Under the pieces are notes generated by a model, which saw only the letters and a list, made by a program, of their open reading frames with translations, was not told the origin of the DNA and ran no database searches. Below are positions 1 to 11,440 of a stretch of DNA of 64,000 nt, piece after piece. Source of the DNA: Auanema rhodensis (taxonomy: Eukaryota; Animalia; Nematoda); NCBI GenBank assembly GCA_964057225.1, contig CAXKVF010000072.1, positions 124,001 through 188,000 on the forward strand. The letters run 5' to 3'. The position numbers and the translations under genes are program-made. Numbering within the stretch: the stretch's first letter is position 1; every line of letters starts with the position of its first letter.

Positions 1-1937
1 TTCCACGTGAAGCGAGTTACATACCAAGTGCACATCACGTGTACATTTAATTAGCATAAATTAAAGTTCACGTAAATTTCAAAGTCATGGTTACCATGAA
101 CCAATATCAATAAAAATTTGTTTTTAGACTAATATGGACATGGGGAATCTAATTTTGAAAACCGCATCTCTTTATCTTCCACGTGAAGCGAGTTACATAC
201 CAAGTGCACATCACGTGTACATTTAATTAGCATAAATTAAAGTTCACGTAAATTTCAAAGTCATGGTTACCATGAACCAATATCAATAAAAATTTGTTTT
301 TAGACTAATATGGACATGGGGAATCAAATTTTGAAAACCGCATCTCTTTATCTTTCACGTGAAGCGAGTTACATACCAAGTGCACATCACGTGTACATTT
401 AATTAGCATAAATTAAAGTTCACGTAAATTTCAAAGTCATGGTTACCATGAACCAATATCAATAAAAATTTGTTTTTAGACTAATATGGACATGGGGAAT
501 CTAATTTTGAAAACCGCATCACTTTATCTTTCACGTGAAGCGAGTTACATACCAAGTGCACATCACGTGTACATTTAATTAGCATAAATTAAAGTTCACG
601 TAAATTTCAAAGTCATGGTTACCATGCACCAATATCAATAAAAATTTGTTTTTAGACTAATATGGACATGGGGAATCTAATTTTGAAAACCGCATCTCTT
701 CATATTTCACGTGAAGCGAGTTACATACCAAGTGCACATCACGTGTACATTTAATTAGCATAAATTAAAGTTCACGTAAATTTCAAAGTCATGGTTACCA
801 TGAACCAATATCAATAAAAATTGGTTATTAGACTAATATGGACATGGGGAATCCAATTTTGAAAACCGCATCTCTTTATCTTTCACGTGAAGCGAGTTAC
901 ATACCAAGTGCACATCACGTGTACATTTAATTAGCATAAATTAAAGTTCACGTAAATTTCAAAGTCATGGTTACCATGCACCAATATCAATAAAAATTTG
1001 TTTTTAGACTAATATGGACATGGGGAATCTAATTTTGAAAACCGCATCTCTTTATCTTCCACGTGAAGCGAGTTACATACCAAGTGCACATCACGTGTAC
1101 ATTTAATTAGCATAAATTAAAGTTCACGTAAATTTCAAAGTCATGGTTACCATGCACCAATATCAATAAAAATTTGTTTTTAGACTAATATGGACATGGG
1201 GAATCTAATTTTGAAAACCGCATCTCTTTATCTTTCACGTGAAGCGAGTTACATACCAAGTGCACATCACGTGTACATTTAATTAGCATAAATTAAAGTT
1301 CACGTAAATTTCAAAGTCATGGTTACCATTAACCAATATCAATAAAAATTTGTTTTTAGACTAATATGGACATGGGGAATCTAATTTTGAAAACCGCATC
1401 TCTTTATCTTTCACGTGAAGCGAGTTACATACCAAGTGCACATCACGTGTACATTTAATTAGCATAAATTAAAGTTCACGTAAATTTCAAAGTCATGGTT
1501 ACCATGCACCAATATCAATAAAAATTTGTTTTTAGACTAATATGGACATGGGGAATCTAATGTTGAAAACCGCATCTCTTTATCTTTCACGTGAAGCGAG
1601 TTACATACCAAGTGCACATCACGTGCACATTTAATTAGCATAAATTAAAGTTCACGTAAATTTCAAAGTCATGGTTACCATGCACCAATATCAATAAAAA
1701 TTTGTTTTTAGACTAATATGGACATGGGGAATCTAATGTTGAAAACCGCATCTTTTTATCTTTCACGTGAAGCGAGTTACATACCAAGTGCACATCACGT
1801 GTACATTTAATTAGCATAAATTAAAGTTCACGTAAATTTCAAAGTCATGGTTACCATGAACCAATATCAATAAAAATTTGTTTTTAGACTAATATGGACA
1901 TGGGGAATCTAATGTTGAAAACCGCATCTCTTTATCT

Positions 1938-1947
1938 TTCACGTGAA
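1938..1947. other. Perfect 10-bp palindrome TTCACGTGAA containing a CACGTG E-box (monomer pos 2-11; present in most copies)
   Basis: Self-reverse-complementary; read directly from the sequence. Protein binding is not shown. Confidence 0.9.
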
Positions 1948-1969
1948 GCGAGTTACATACCAAGTGCAC

Positions 1970-1977
1970 ATCACGTG
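1970..1977 (+). other. Second E-box ATCACGTG (monomer pos 34-41), matching the RTCACRTG pattern
   Basis: Direct motif match, flanked by the overlapping 6-bp palindromes GTGCAC (28-33) and TGTACA (40-45). Function is not established. Confidence 0.85.
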
Positions 1978-1981
1978 TACA

Positions 1982-2001
1982 TTTAATTAGCATAAATTAA
2001 A
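1982..2001. other. Inverted repeat TTTAATT-agcata-AATTAAA (monomer pos 46-65) overlapping octamer-like ATTAGCAT (= ATGCTAAT on - strand)
   Basis: 7-bp arms with a 6-nt spacer, read directly from the sequence. Confidence 0.85.
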
Positions 2002-2020
2002 GTTCACGTAAATTTCAAAG

Positions 2021-2035
2021 TCATGGTTACCATGA
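2021..2035. other. 15-bp interrupted palindrome TCATGGT-T-ACCATGA (monomer pos 85-99; contains BstEII site GGTTACC)
   Basis: 7-bp arms around a single central T, read directly from the sequence. Confidence 0.9.
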
Positions 2036-5000
2036 ACCAATATCAATAAAAATTTGTTTTTAGACTAATATGGACATGGGGAATCTAATTTTGAAAACCG
2101 CATCTCTTTATCTTTCACGTGAAGCGAGTTACATACCAAGTGCACATCACGTGTACATTTAATTAGCATAAATTAAAGTTCACGTAAATTTCAAAGTCAT
2201 GGTTACCATGCACCAATATCAATAAAAATTTGTTTTTAGACTAATATGGACATGGGGAATATAATTTTGAAAACCGCATCTCTTTATCTTCCACGTGAAG
2301 CGAGTTACATACCAAGTGCACATCACGTGTACATTTAATTAGCATAAATTAAAGTTCACGTAAATTTCAAAGTCATGGTTACCATGAACCAATATCAATA
2401 AAAATTTGTTTTTAGACTAATATGGACATGGGGAATCTAATTTTGAAAACCGCATCTCTTTATCTTCCACGTGAAGCGAGTTACATACCAAGTGCACATC
2501 ACGTGTACATTTAATTAGCATAAATTAAAGTTCACGTAAATTTCAAAGTCATGGTTACCATGAACCAATATCAATAAAAATTTGTTTTTAGACTAATATG
2601 GACATGGGGAATCAAATTTTGAAAACCGCATCTCTTTATCTTTCACGTGAAGCGAGTTACATACCAAGTGCACATCACGTGTACATTTAATTAGCATAAA
2701 TTAAAGTTCACGTAAATTTCAAAGTCATGGTTACCATGAACCAATATCAATAAAAATTTGTTTTTAGACTAATATGGACATGGGGAATCTAATTTTGAAA
2801 ACCGCATCACTTTATCTTTCACGTGAAGCGAGTTACATACCAAGTGCACATCACGTGTACATTTAATTAGCATAAATTAAAGTTCACGTAAATTTCAAAG
2901 TCATGGTTACCATGCACCAATATCAATAAAAATTTGTTTTTAGACTAATATGGACATGGGGAATCTAATTTTGAAAACCGCATCTCTTCATATTTCACGT
3001 GAAGCGAGTTACATACCAAGTGCACATCACGTGTACATTTAATTAGCATAAATTAAAGTTCACGTAAATTTCAAAGTCATGGTTACCATGAACCAATATC
3101 AATAAAAATTGGTTATTAGACTAATATGGACATGGGGAATCTAATTTTGAAAACCGCATCTCTTTATCTTTCACGTGAAGCGAGTTACATACCAAGTGCA
3201 CATCACGTGTACATTTAATTAGCATAAATTAAAGTTCACGTAAATTTCAAAGTCATGGTTACCATGCACCAATATCAATAAAAATTTGTTTTTAGACTAA
3301 TATGGACATGGGAAATCTAATTTTGAAAACCGCATCTCTTTATCTTCCACGTGAAGCGAGTTACATACCAAGTGCACATCACGTGTACATTTAATTAGCA
3401 TAAATTAAAGTTCACGTAAATTTCAAAGTCATGGTTACCATGAACCAATATCAATAAAAATTTGTTTTTAGACTAATATGTACATGGGGAATCTAATTTT
3501 GAAAACCGCATCTCTTTATCTTTCACGTGAAGCGAGTTACATACCAAGTGCACATCACGTGTACATTTAATTAGCATAAATTAAAGTTCACGTAAATTTC
3601 AAAGTCATGGTTACCATGCACCAATATCAATAAAAATCTGTTTTTAGACTAATATGGACATGGGGAATCTAATTTTGAAAACCGCATCTCTTTATCTTTC
3701 ACGTGAAGCGAGTTACATACCAAGTGCACATCACGTGTACATTTAATTAGCATAAATTAAAGTTCACGTAAATTTCAAAGTCATGGTTACCATGCACCAA
3801 TATCAATAAAAATTTGTTTTTAGACTAATATGGACATGGGGAATCTAATTTTGAAAACCGCATCTCTTTATCTTTCACGTGAAGCGAGTTACATATCAAG
3901 TGCACATCACGTGTACATTTAATTAGCATAAATTAAAGTTCACGTAAATTTCAAAGTCATGGTTACCATTAACCAATATCAATAAAAATTTGTTTTTAGA
4001 CTAATATGGACATGGGGAATCTAATTTTGAAAACCGCATCTCTTTATCTTTCACGTGAAGCGAGTTACATACCAAGTGCACATCACGTGTACATTTAATT
4101 AGCATAAATTAAAGTTCACGTAAATTTCAAAGTCATGGTTACCATGCACCAATATCAATAAAAATTTGTTTTTAGACTAATATGGACATGGGGAATCTAA
4201 TTTTGAAAACCGCATCTCTTTATCTTTCACGTGAAGCGAGTTACATACCAAGTGCACATCACGTGCACATTTAATTAGCATAAATTAAAGTTCACGTAAA
4301 TTTCAAAGTCATGGTTACCATGCACCAATATCAATAAAATTTTGTTTTTAGACTAATATGGACATGGGGAATCTAATGTTGAAAACCGCATCTCTTTATC
4401 TTTCACGTGAAGCGAGTTACATACCAAGTGCACATCACGTGTACATTTAATTAGCATAAATTAAAGTTCACGTAAATTTCAAAGTCATGGTTACCATGAA
4501 CCAATATCAATAAAAATTTGTTTTTAGACTAATATGTACATGGGGAATCTAATTTTGAAAACCGCATCTCTTTATCTTTCACGTGAAGCGAGTTACATAC
4601 CAAGTGCACATCACGTGTACAATTAATTAGCATAAATTAAAGTTCACGTAAATTTCAAAGTCATGGTTACCATGCACCAATATCAATAAAAATTTGTTTT
4701 TAGACTAATATGGACATGGGGAATCTAATTTTGAAAACCGCATCTCTTTATCTTTCACGTGAAGCGAGTTACATACCAAGTGCACATCACGTGTACATTT
4801 AATTAGCATAAATTAAAGTTCACGTAAATTTCAAAGTCATGGTTACCATGAACCAATATCAATAAAAATTTGTATTTAGACTAATATGTACATGGGGAAT
4901 CTAATTTTGAAAACCGCATCTCTTTATCTTTCACGTGAAGCGAGTTACATACCAAGTGCACATCACGTGTACAATTAATTAGCATAAATTAAAGTTCACG

Positions 5001-7920
5001 TAAATTTCAAAGTCATGGTTACCATGAACCAATATCAATAAAAATTTGTTTTTAGACTAATATGGACATGGGGAATCTAATTTTGAAAACCGCATTTCTT
5101 TATCTTTCACGTGAAGCGAGTTACATACCAAGTGCACATCACGTGTACATTTAATTAGCATAAATTAAAGTTCACGTAAATTTCAAAGTCATGGTTACCA
5201 TGAACCAATATCAATAAAAATTTGTTTTTAGACTAATATGGACATGGGGAATCAAATTTTGAAAACCGCATCTCTTTATCTTTCACGTGAAGCGAGTTAC
5301 ATACCAAGTGCACATCACGTGTACATTTAATTAGCATAAATTAAAGTTCACGTAAATTTCAAAGTCATGGTTACCATGAACCAGTATCAATAAAAATTTG
5401 TTTTTAGACTAATATGGACATGGGGAATCTAATTTTGAAAACCGCATCACTTTATCTTTCACGTGAAGCGAGTTACATTCCAAGTGCACATCACGTGTAC
5501 ATTTAATTAGCATAAATTAAAGTTCACGTAAATTTCAAAGTCATGGTTACCATGCACCAATATCAATAAAAATTTGTTTTTAGACTAATATGGACATGGG
5601 GAATCTAATGTTGAAAACCGCATCTTTTTATCTTTCACGTGAAGCGAGTTACATACCAAGTGCACATCACGTGTACATTTAATTAGCATAAATTAAAGTT
5701 CACGTAAATTTCAAAGTCATGGTTACCATGAACCAATATCAATAAAAATTTGTTTTTAGACTAATATGGACATGGGGAATCTAATTTTGAAAACCGCATC
5801 TCTTTATCTTTCACGTGAAGCGAGTTACATACCAAGTGCACATCACGTGCACATTTAATTAGCATAAATTAAAGTTCACGTAAATTTCAAAGTCATGGTT
5901 ACCATGCACCAATATCAATAAAAATTTGTTTTTAGACTAATATGGACATGGGGAATCTAATGTTGAAAACCGCATCTTTTTATCTTTCACGTGAAGCGAG
6001 TTACATACCAAGTGCACATCACGTGTACATTTAATTAGCATAAATTAAAGTTCACGTAAATTTCAAAGTCATGGTTACCATGAACCAATATCAATAAAAA
6101 TTTGTTTTTAGACTAATATGGACATGGGGAATCTAATGTTGAAAACCGCATCTCTTTATCTTTCACGTGAAGCGAGTTGCATACCAAGTGCACATCACGT
6201 GTACATTTAATTAGCATAAATTAAAGTTCACGTAAATTTCAAAGTCATGGTTACCATGAACCAATATCAATAAAAATTTGTTTTTAGACTAATATGGACA
6301 TGGGGAATCTAATTTTGAAAACTGCATCTCTTTATCTTTCACGTGAAGCGAGTTACATACCAAGTGCACATCACGTGTACTTTTAATCAGCATAAATTAA
6401 AGTTCACGTAAATTTCAAAGTCATGGTTACCATGCACCAATATCAATAAAAATTTGTTTTTAGACTAATATGGACATGGGGAATCTAATTTTGAAAACCG
6501 CATCTCTTTATCTTCCACGTGAAGCGAGTTACATACCAAGTGCACATCACGTGTACATTTAATTAGCATAAATTAAAGTTCACGTAAATTTCAAAGTCAT
6601 GGTTACCATGAACCAATATCAATAAAAATTTGTTTTTAGACTAATATGGACATGGGGAATCTAATTTTGAAAACCGCATCTCTTTATCTTCCACGTGAAG
6701 CGAGTTACATACCAAGTGCACATCACGTGTACATTTAATTAGCATAAATTAAAGTTCACGTAAATTTCAAAGTCATGGTTACCATGAACCAATATCAATA
6801 AAAATTTGTTTTTAGACTAATATGGACATGGGGAATCAAATTTTGAAAACCGCATCTCTTTATCTTTCACGTGAAGCGAGTTACATACCAAGTGCACATC
6901 ACGTGTACATTTAATTAGCATAAATTAAAGTTCACGTAAATTTCAAAGTCATGGTTACCATGAACCAATATCAATAAAAATTTGTTTTTAGACTAATATG
7001 GACATGGGGAATCTAATTTTGGAAACCGCATCTCTTTATCTTTCACGTGAAGCGAGTTACATACCAAGTGCACATCACGTGTACATTTAATTAGCATAAA
7101 TTAAAGTTCACGTAAATTTCAAAGTCATGGTTACCATTAACCAATATCAATAAAAATTTGTTTTTAGACTAATATGGACATGGGGAATCTAATTTTGAAA
7201 ACCGCATCTCTTTATCTTTCACGTGAAGCGAGTTACATACCAAGTGCACATCACGTGTACATTTAATTAGCATAAATTAAAGTTCACGTAAATTTCAAAG
7301 TCATGGTTACCATGCACCAATATCAATAAAAATTTGTTTTTAGACTAATATGGACATGGGGAATCTAATTTTGAAAACCGCATCTCTTTATCTTTCACGT
7401 GAAGCGAGTTACATACCAAGTGCACATCACGTGTACATTTAATTAGCATAAATTAAAGTTCACGTAAATTTCAAAGTCATGGTTACCATTAACCAATATC
7501 AATAAAAATTTGTTTTTAGACTAATATGGACATGGGGAATCTAATTTTGAAAACCGCATCTCTTTATCTTTCACGTGAAGCGAGTTACATACCAAGTGCA
7601 CATCACGTGTACAATTAATTAGCATAAATTAAAGTTCACGTAAATTTCAAAGTCATGGTTACCATTAACCAATATCAATAAAAATTTGTTTTTAGACTAA
7701 TATGGACATGGGGAATCTAATTTTGAAAACCGCATCTCTTTATCTTTCACGTGAAGCGAGTTACATATCAAGTGCACATCACGTGTACATTTAATTAGCA
7801 TAAATTAAAGTTCACGTAAATTTCAAAGTCATGGTTACCATTAACCAATATCAATAAAAATTTGTTTTTAGACTAATATGGACATGGGGAATCTAATTTT
7901 GAAAACCGCATCTCTTTATC

Positions 7921-10900
7921 TTTCAAGTGAAGCGAGTTACATACCAAGTGCACATCACGTGTACATTTAATTAGCATAAATTAAAGTTCACGTAAATTTC
8001 AAAGTCATGGTTACCATGAAGCAATATCAATAAAAATTTGTTTTTAGACTAATATGGACATGGGGAATCTAATTTTGAAAACCGCATCTCTTCATCTTTC
8101 ACGTGAAGCGAGTTACATACCAAGTGCACATCACGTGTACATTTAATTAGCATAAATTAAAGTTCACGTAAATTTCAAAGTCATGGTTACCATGCACCAA
8201 TATCAATAAAAATTTGTTTTTAGACTAATATGGACATGGGGAATCTAATTTTGAAAACCGCATCTCTTTATCTTTCATGTGAAGCGAGTTACATACCAAG
8301 TGCACATCACGTGTACATTTAATTAGCATAAATTAAAGTTCACGTAAATTTCAAAGTCATGGTTACCATGAAGCATTATCAATAAAAATTTGTTTTTAGA
8401 CTAATATGGACATGGGGAATCTAATTTTGAAAACCGCATCTCTTTATCTTTCACGTGAAGCGAGTTACATACCAAGTGCACATCACGTGTACATTTAATT
8501 AGCATAAATTAAAGTTCACGTAAATTTCAAAGTCATGGTTACCATGAACCAATATCAATAAAAATTTGTTTTTAGACTAATATGGACATGGGGAATCTAA
8601 TTTTGAAAACCGCATCTCTTCATCTTTCACGTGAAGCGAGTTACATACCAAGTGCACATCACGTGTACATTTAATTAGCATAAATTAAAGTTCACGTAAA
8701 TTTCAAAGTCATGGTTACCATGAACCAATATCAATAAAAATTTGTTTTTAGACTAATATGGACATGGGGAATCTAATTTTGAAAACCGCATCTCTTTATC
8801 TTTCACGTGAAGCGAGTTACATACCAAGTGCACATCACGTGTACATTTAATTAGCATAAATTAAAGTTCACGTAAATTTCAAAGTCATGGTTACTATGAA
8901 GCAATATCAATAAAAATTTGTTTTTAGACTAATATGGACATGGGGAAGCTAATTTTGAAAACCGCATCTCTTTATCTTTCACGTGAAGCGAGTTACATAC
9001 CAAGTGCACATCACGTGTACATTTAATTAGCATAAATTAAAGTTCACGTAAATTTCAAAGTCATGGTTACCATGAAGCAATATCAATAAAAATTTGTTTT
9101 TAGACTAATATGGACATGGGGAATCTAATTTTGAAAACCGCATCTCTTCATCTTTCACGTGAAGCGAGTTACATACCAAGTGCACATCACGTGTACATTT
9201 AATTAGCATAAATTAAAGTTCACGTAAATTTCAAAGTCATGGTTACCATGCACCAATATCAATAAAAATTTGTTTTTAGACTAATATGGACATGGGGAAT
9301 CTAATTTTGAAAACCGCATCTCTTTATCTTTCATGTGAAGCGAGTTACATACCAAGTGCACATCACGTGTACATTTAATTAGCATAAATTAAAGTTCACG
9401 TAAATTTCAAAGTCATGGTTACCATGAAGCATTATCAATAAAAATTTGTTTTTAGACTAATATGGACATGGGGAATCTAATTTTGAAAACCGCATCTCTT
9501 TATCTTTCACGTGAAGCGAGTTACATACCAAGTGCACATCACGTGTACATTTAATTAGCATAAATTAAAGTTCACGTAAATTTCAAAGTCATGGTTACCA
9601 TGAACCAATATCAATAAAAATTTGTTTTTAGACTAATATGGACATGGGGAATCTAATTTTGAAAACCGCATCTCTTTATCTTTCAAGTGAAGCGAGTTAC
9701 ATACCAAGTGCACATCACGTGTACATTTAATTAGCATAAATTAAAGTTCACGTAAATTTCAAAGTCATGGTTACCATGAAGCAATATCAATAAAAATTTG
9801 TTTTTAGACTAATATGGACATGGGGAATCTAATTTTGAAAACCGCATCTCTTCATCTTTCACGTGAAGCGAGTTACATACCAAGTGCACATCACGTGTAC
9901 ATTTAATTAGCATAAATTAAAGTTCACGTAAATTTCAAAGTCATGGTTACCATGCACCAATATCAATAAAAATTTGTTTTTAGACTAATATGGACATGGG
10001 GAATCTAATTTTGAAAACCGCATCTCTTTATCTTTCATGTGAAGCGAGTTACATACCAAGTGCACATCACGTGTACATTTAATTAGCATAAATTAAAGTT
10101 CACGTAAATTTCAAAGTCATGGTTACCATGAAGCATTATCAATAAAAATTTGTTTTTAGACTAATATGGACATGGGGAATCTAATTTTGAAAACCGCATC
10201 TCTTTATCTTTCACGTGAAGCGAGTTACATACCAAGTGCACATCACGTGTACATTTAATTAGCATAAATTAAAGTTCACGTAAATTTCAAAGTCATGGTT
10301 ACCATGAACCAATATCAATAAAAATTTGTTTTTAGACTAATATGGACATGGGGAATCTAATTTTGAAAACCGCATCTCTTTATCTTTCACGTGAAGCGAG
10401 TTACATACCAAGTGCACATCACGTGTACATTTAATTAGCATAAATTAAAGTTCACGTAAATTTCAAAGTCATGGTTACCATGAACCAATATCAATAAAAA
10501 TTTGTTTTTAGACTAATATGGACATGGGGAATCTAATTTTGAAAACCGCATCTCTTTATCTTTCACGTGAAGCGAGTTACATACCAAGTGCACATCACGT
10601 GTACATTTAATTAGCATAAATTAAAGTTCACGTAAATTTCAAAGTCATGGTTACTATGAAGCAATATCAATAAAAATTTGTTTTTAGACTAATATGGACA
10701 TGGGGAAGCTAATTTTGAAAACCGCATCTCTTTATCTTTCACGTGAAGCGAGTTACATACCAAGTGCACATCACGTGTACATTTAATTAGCATAAATTAA
10801 AGTTCACGTAAATTTCAAAGTCATGGTTACCATGAAGCAATATCAATAAAAATTTGTTTTTAGACTAATATGGACATGGGGAATCTAATTTTGAAAACCG

Positions 10901-11440
10901 CATCTCTTCATCTTTCACGTGAAGCGAGTTACATACCAAGTGCACATCACGTGTACATTTAATTAGCATAAATTAAAGTTCACGTAAATTTCAAAGTCAT
11001 GGTTACCATGCACCAATATCAATAAAAATTTGTTTTTAGACTAATATGGACATGGGGAATCTAATTTTGAAAACCGCATCTCTTTATCTTTCATGTGAAG
11101 CGAGTTACATACCAAGTGCACATCACGTGTACATTTAAATAGCATAAATTAAAGTTCACGTAAATTTCAAAGTCATGGTTACCATGAAGCATTATCAATA
11201 AAAATTTGTTTTTAGACTAATATGGACATGGGGAATCTAATTTTGAAAACCGCATCTCTTTATCTTTCACGTGAAGCGAGTTACATACCAAGTGCACATC
11301 ACGTGTACATTTAATTAGCATAAATTAAAGTTCACGTAAATTTCAAAGTCATGGTTACCATGAACCAATATAAATAAAAATTTGTTTTTAGACTAATATG
11401 GACATGGGGAATCTAATTTTGAAAACCGCATCTCTTTATC
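7921..11440. repeat. Tandem 10-monomer duplication (1760 bp x2): M46-55 / M56-65
   Basis: Ordered markers TTCAAGTG, TCATGTG+AAGCATT and ACTATG+GAAGCT repeat at a 1760-bp offset. Confidence 0.92.

Larger units (their letters stand above)
1937..2112 (+). repeat. Representative consensus monomer (M12, 176 bp)
   Basis: Matches the majority base at every position, by eye; used as the coordinate reference for internal motifs. Confidence 0.95.
1..3520. repeat. 13-monomer-offset (2288 bp) duplication: M1-7 approximately equals M14-20
   Basis: Same ordered variants (3C; 3C+150A; 169A; 173C+176A; GGTTATTA). The GGTTATTA variant was seen only at ~823 and ~3111. Confidence 0.9.

Noticed and set aside
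2026-2040. RFX X-box at GTTACCATG
   Set aside because: Only one half-site is present; the required second half (RGYAAC) is missing at the proper spacing.
2045-2050. AATAAA polyadenylation signal in each monomer
   Set aside because: Expected by chance in 68% AT sequence, and there is no transcription unit context.
1970-2100. Budding-yeast point centromere (CDEI-CDEII-CDEIII)
   Set aside because: The CDEI-like 8-mer is not followed by a >90% AT CDEII or a correctly spaced CDEIII (CCGAA core), and point centromeres are single-copy rather than tandem arrays.
1937-2112. Identity with alpha satellite, Arabidopsis CEN178 or Brassica CentBr; CENP-B box
   Set aside because: Only the length is similar. 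The sequence does not match these consensus sequences as I recall them, and no TTCG-N4-A-N2-CGGG CENP-B box is present.
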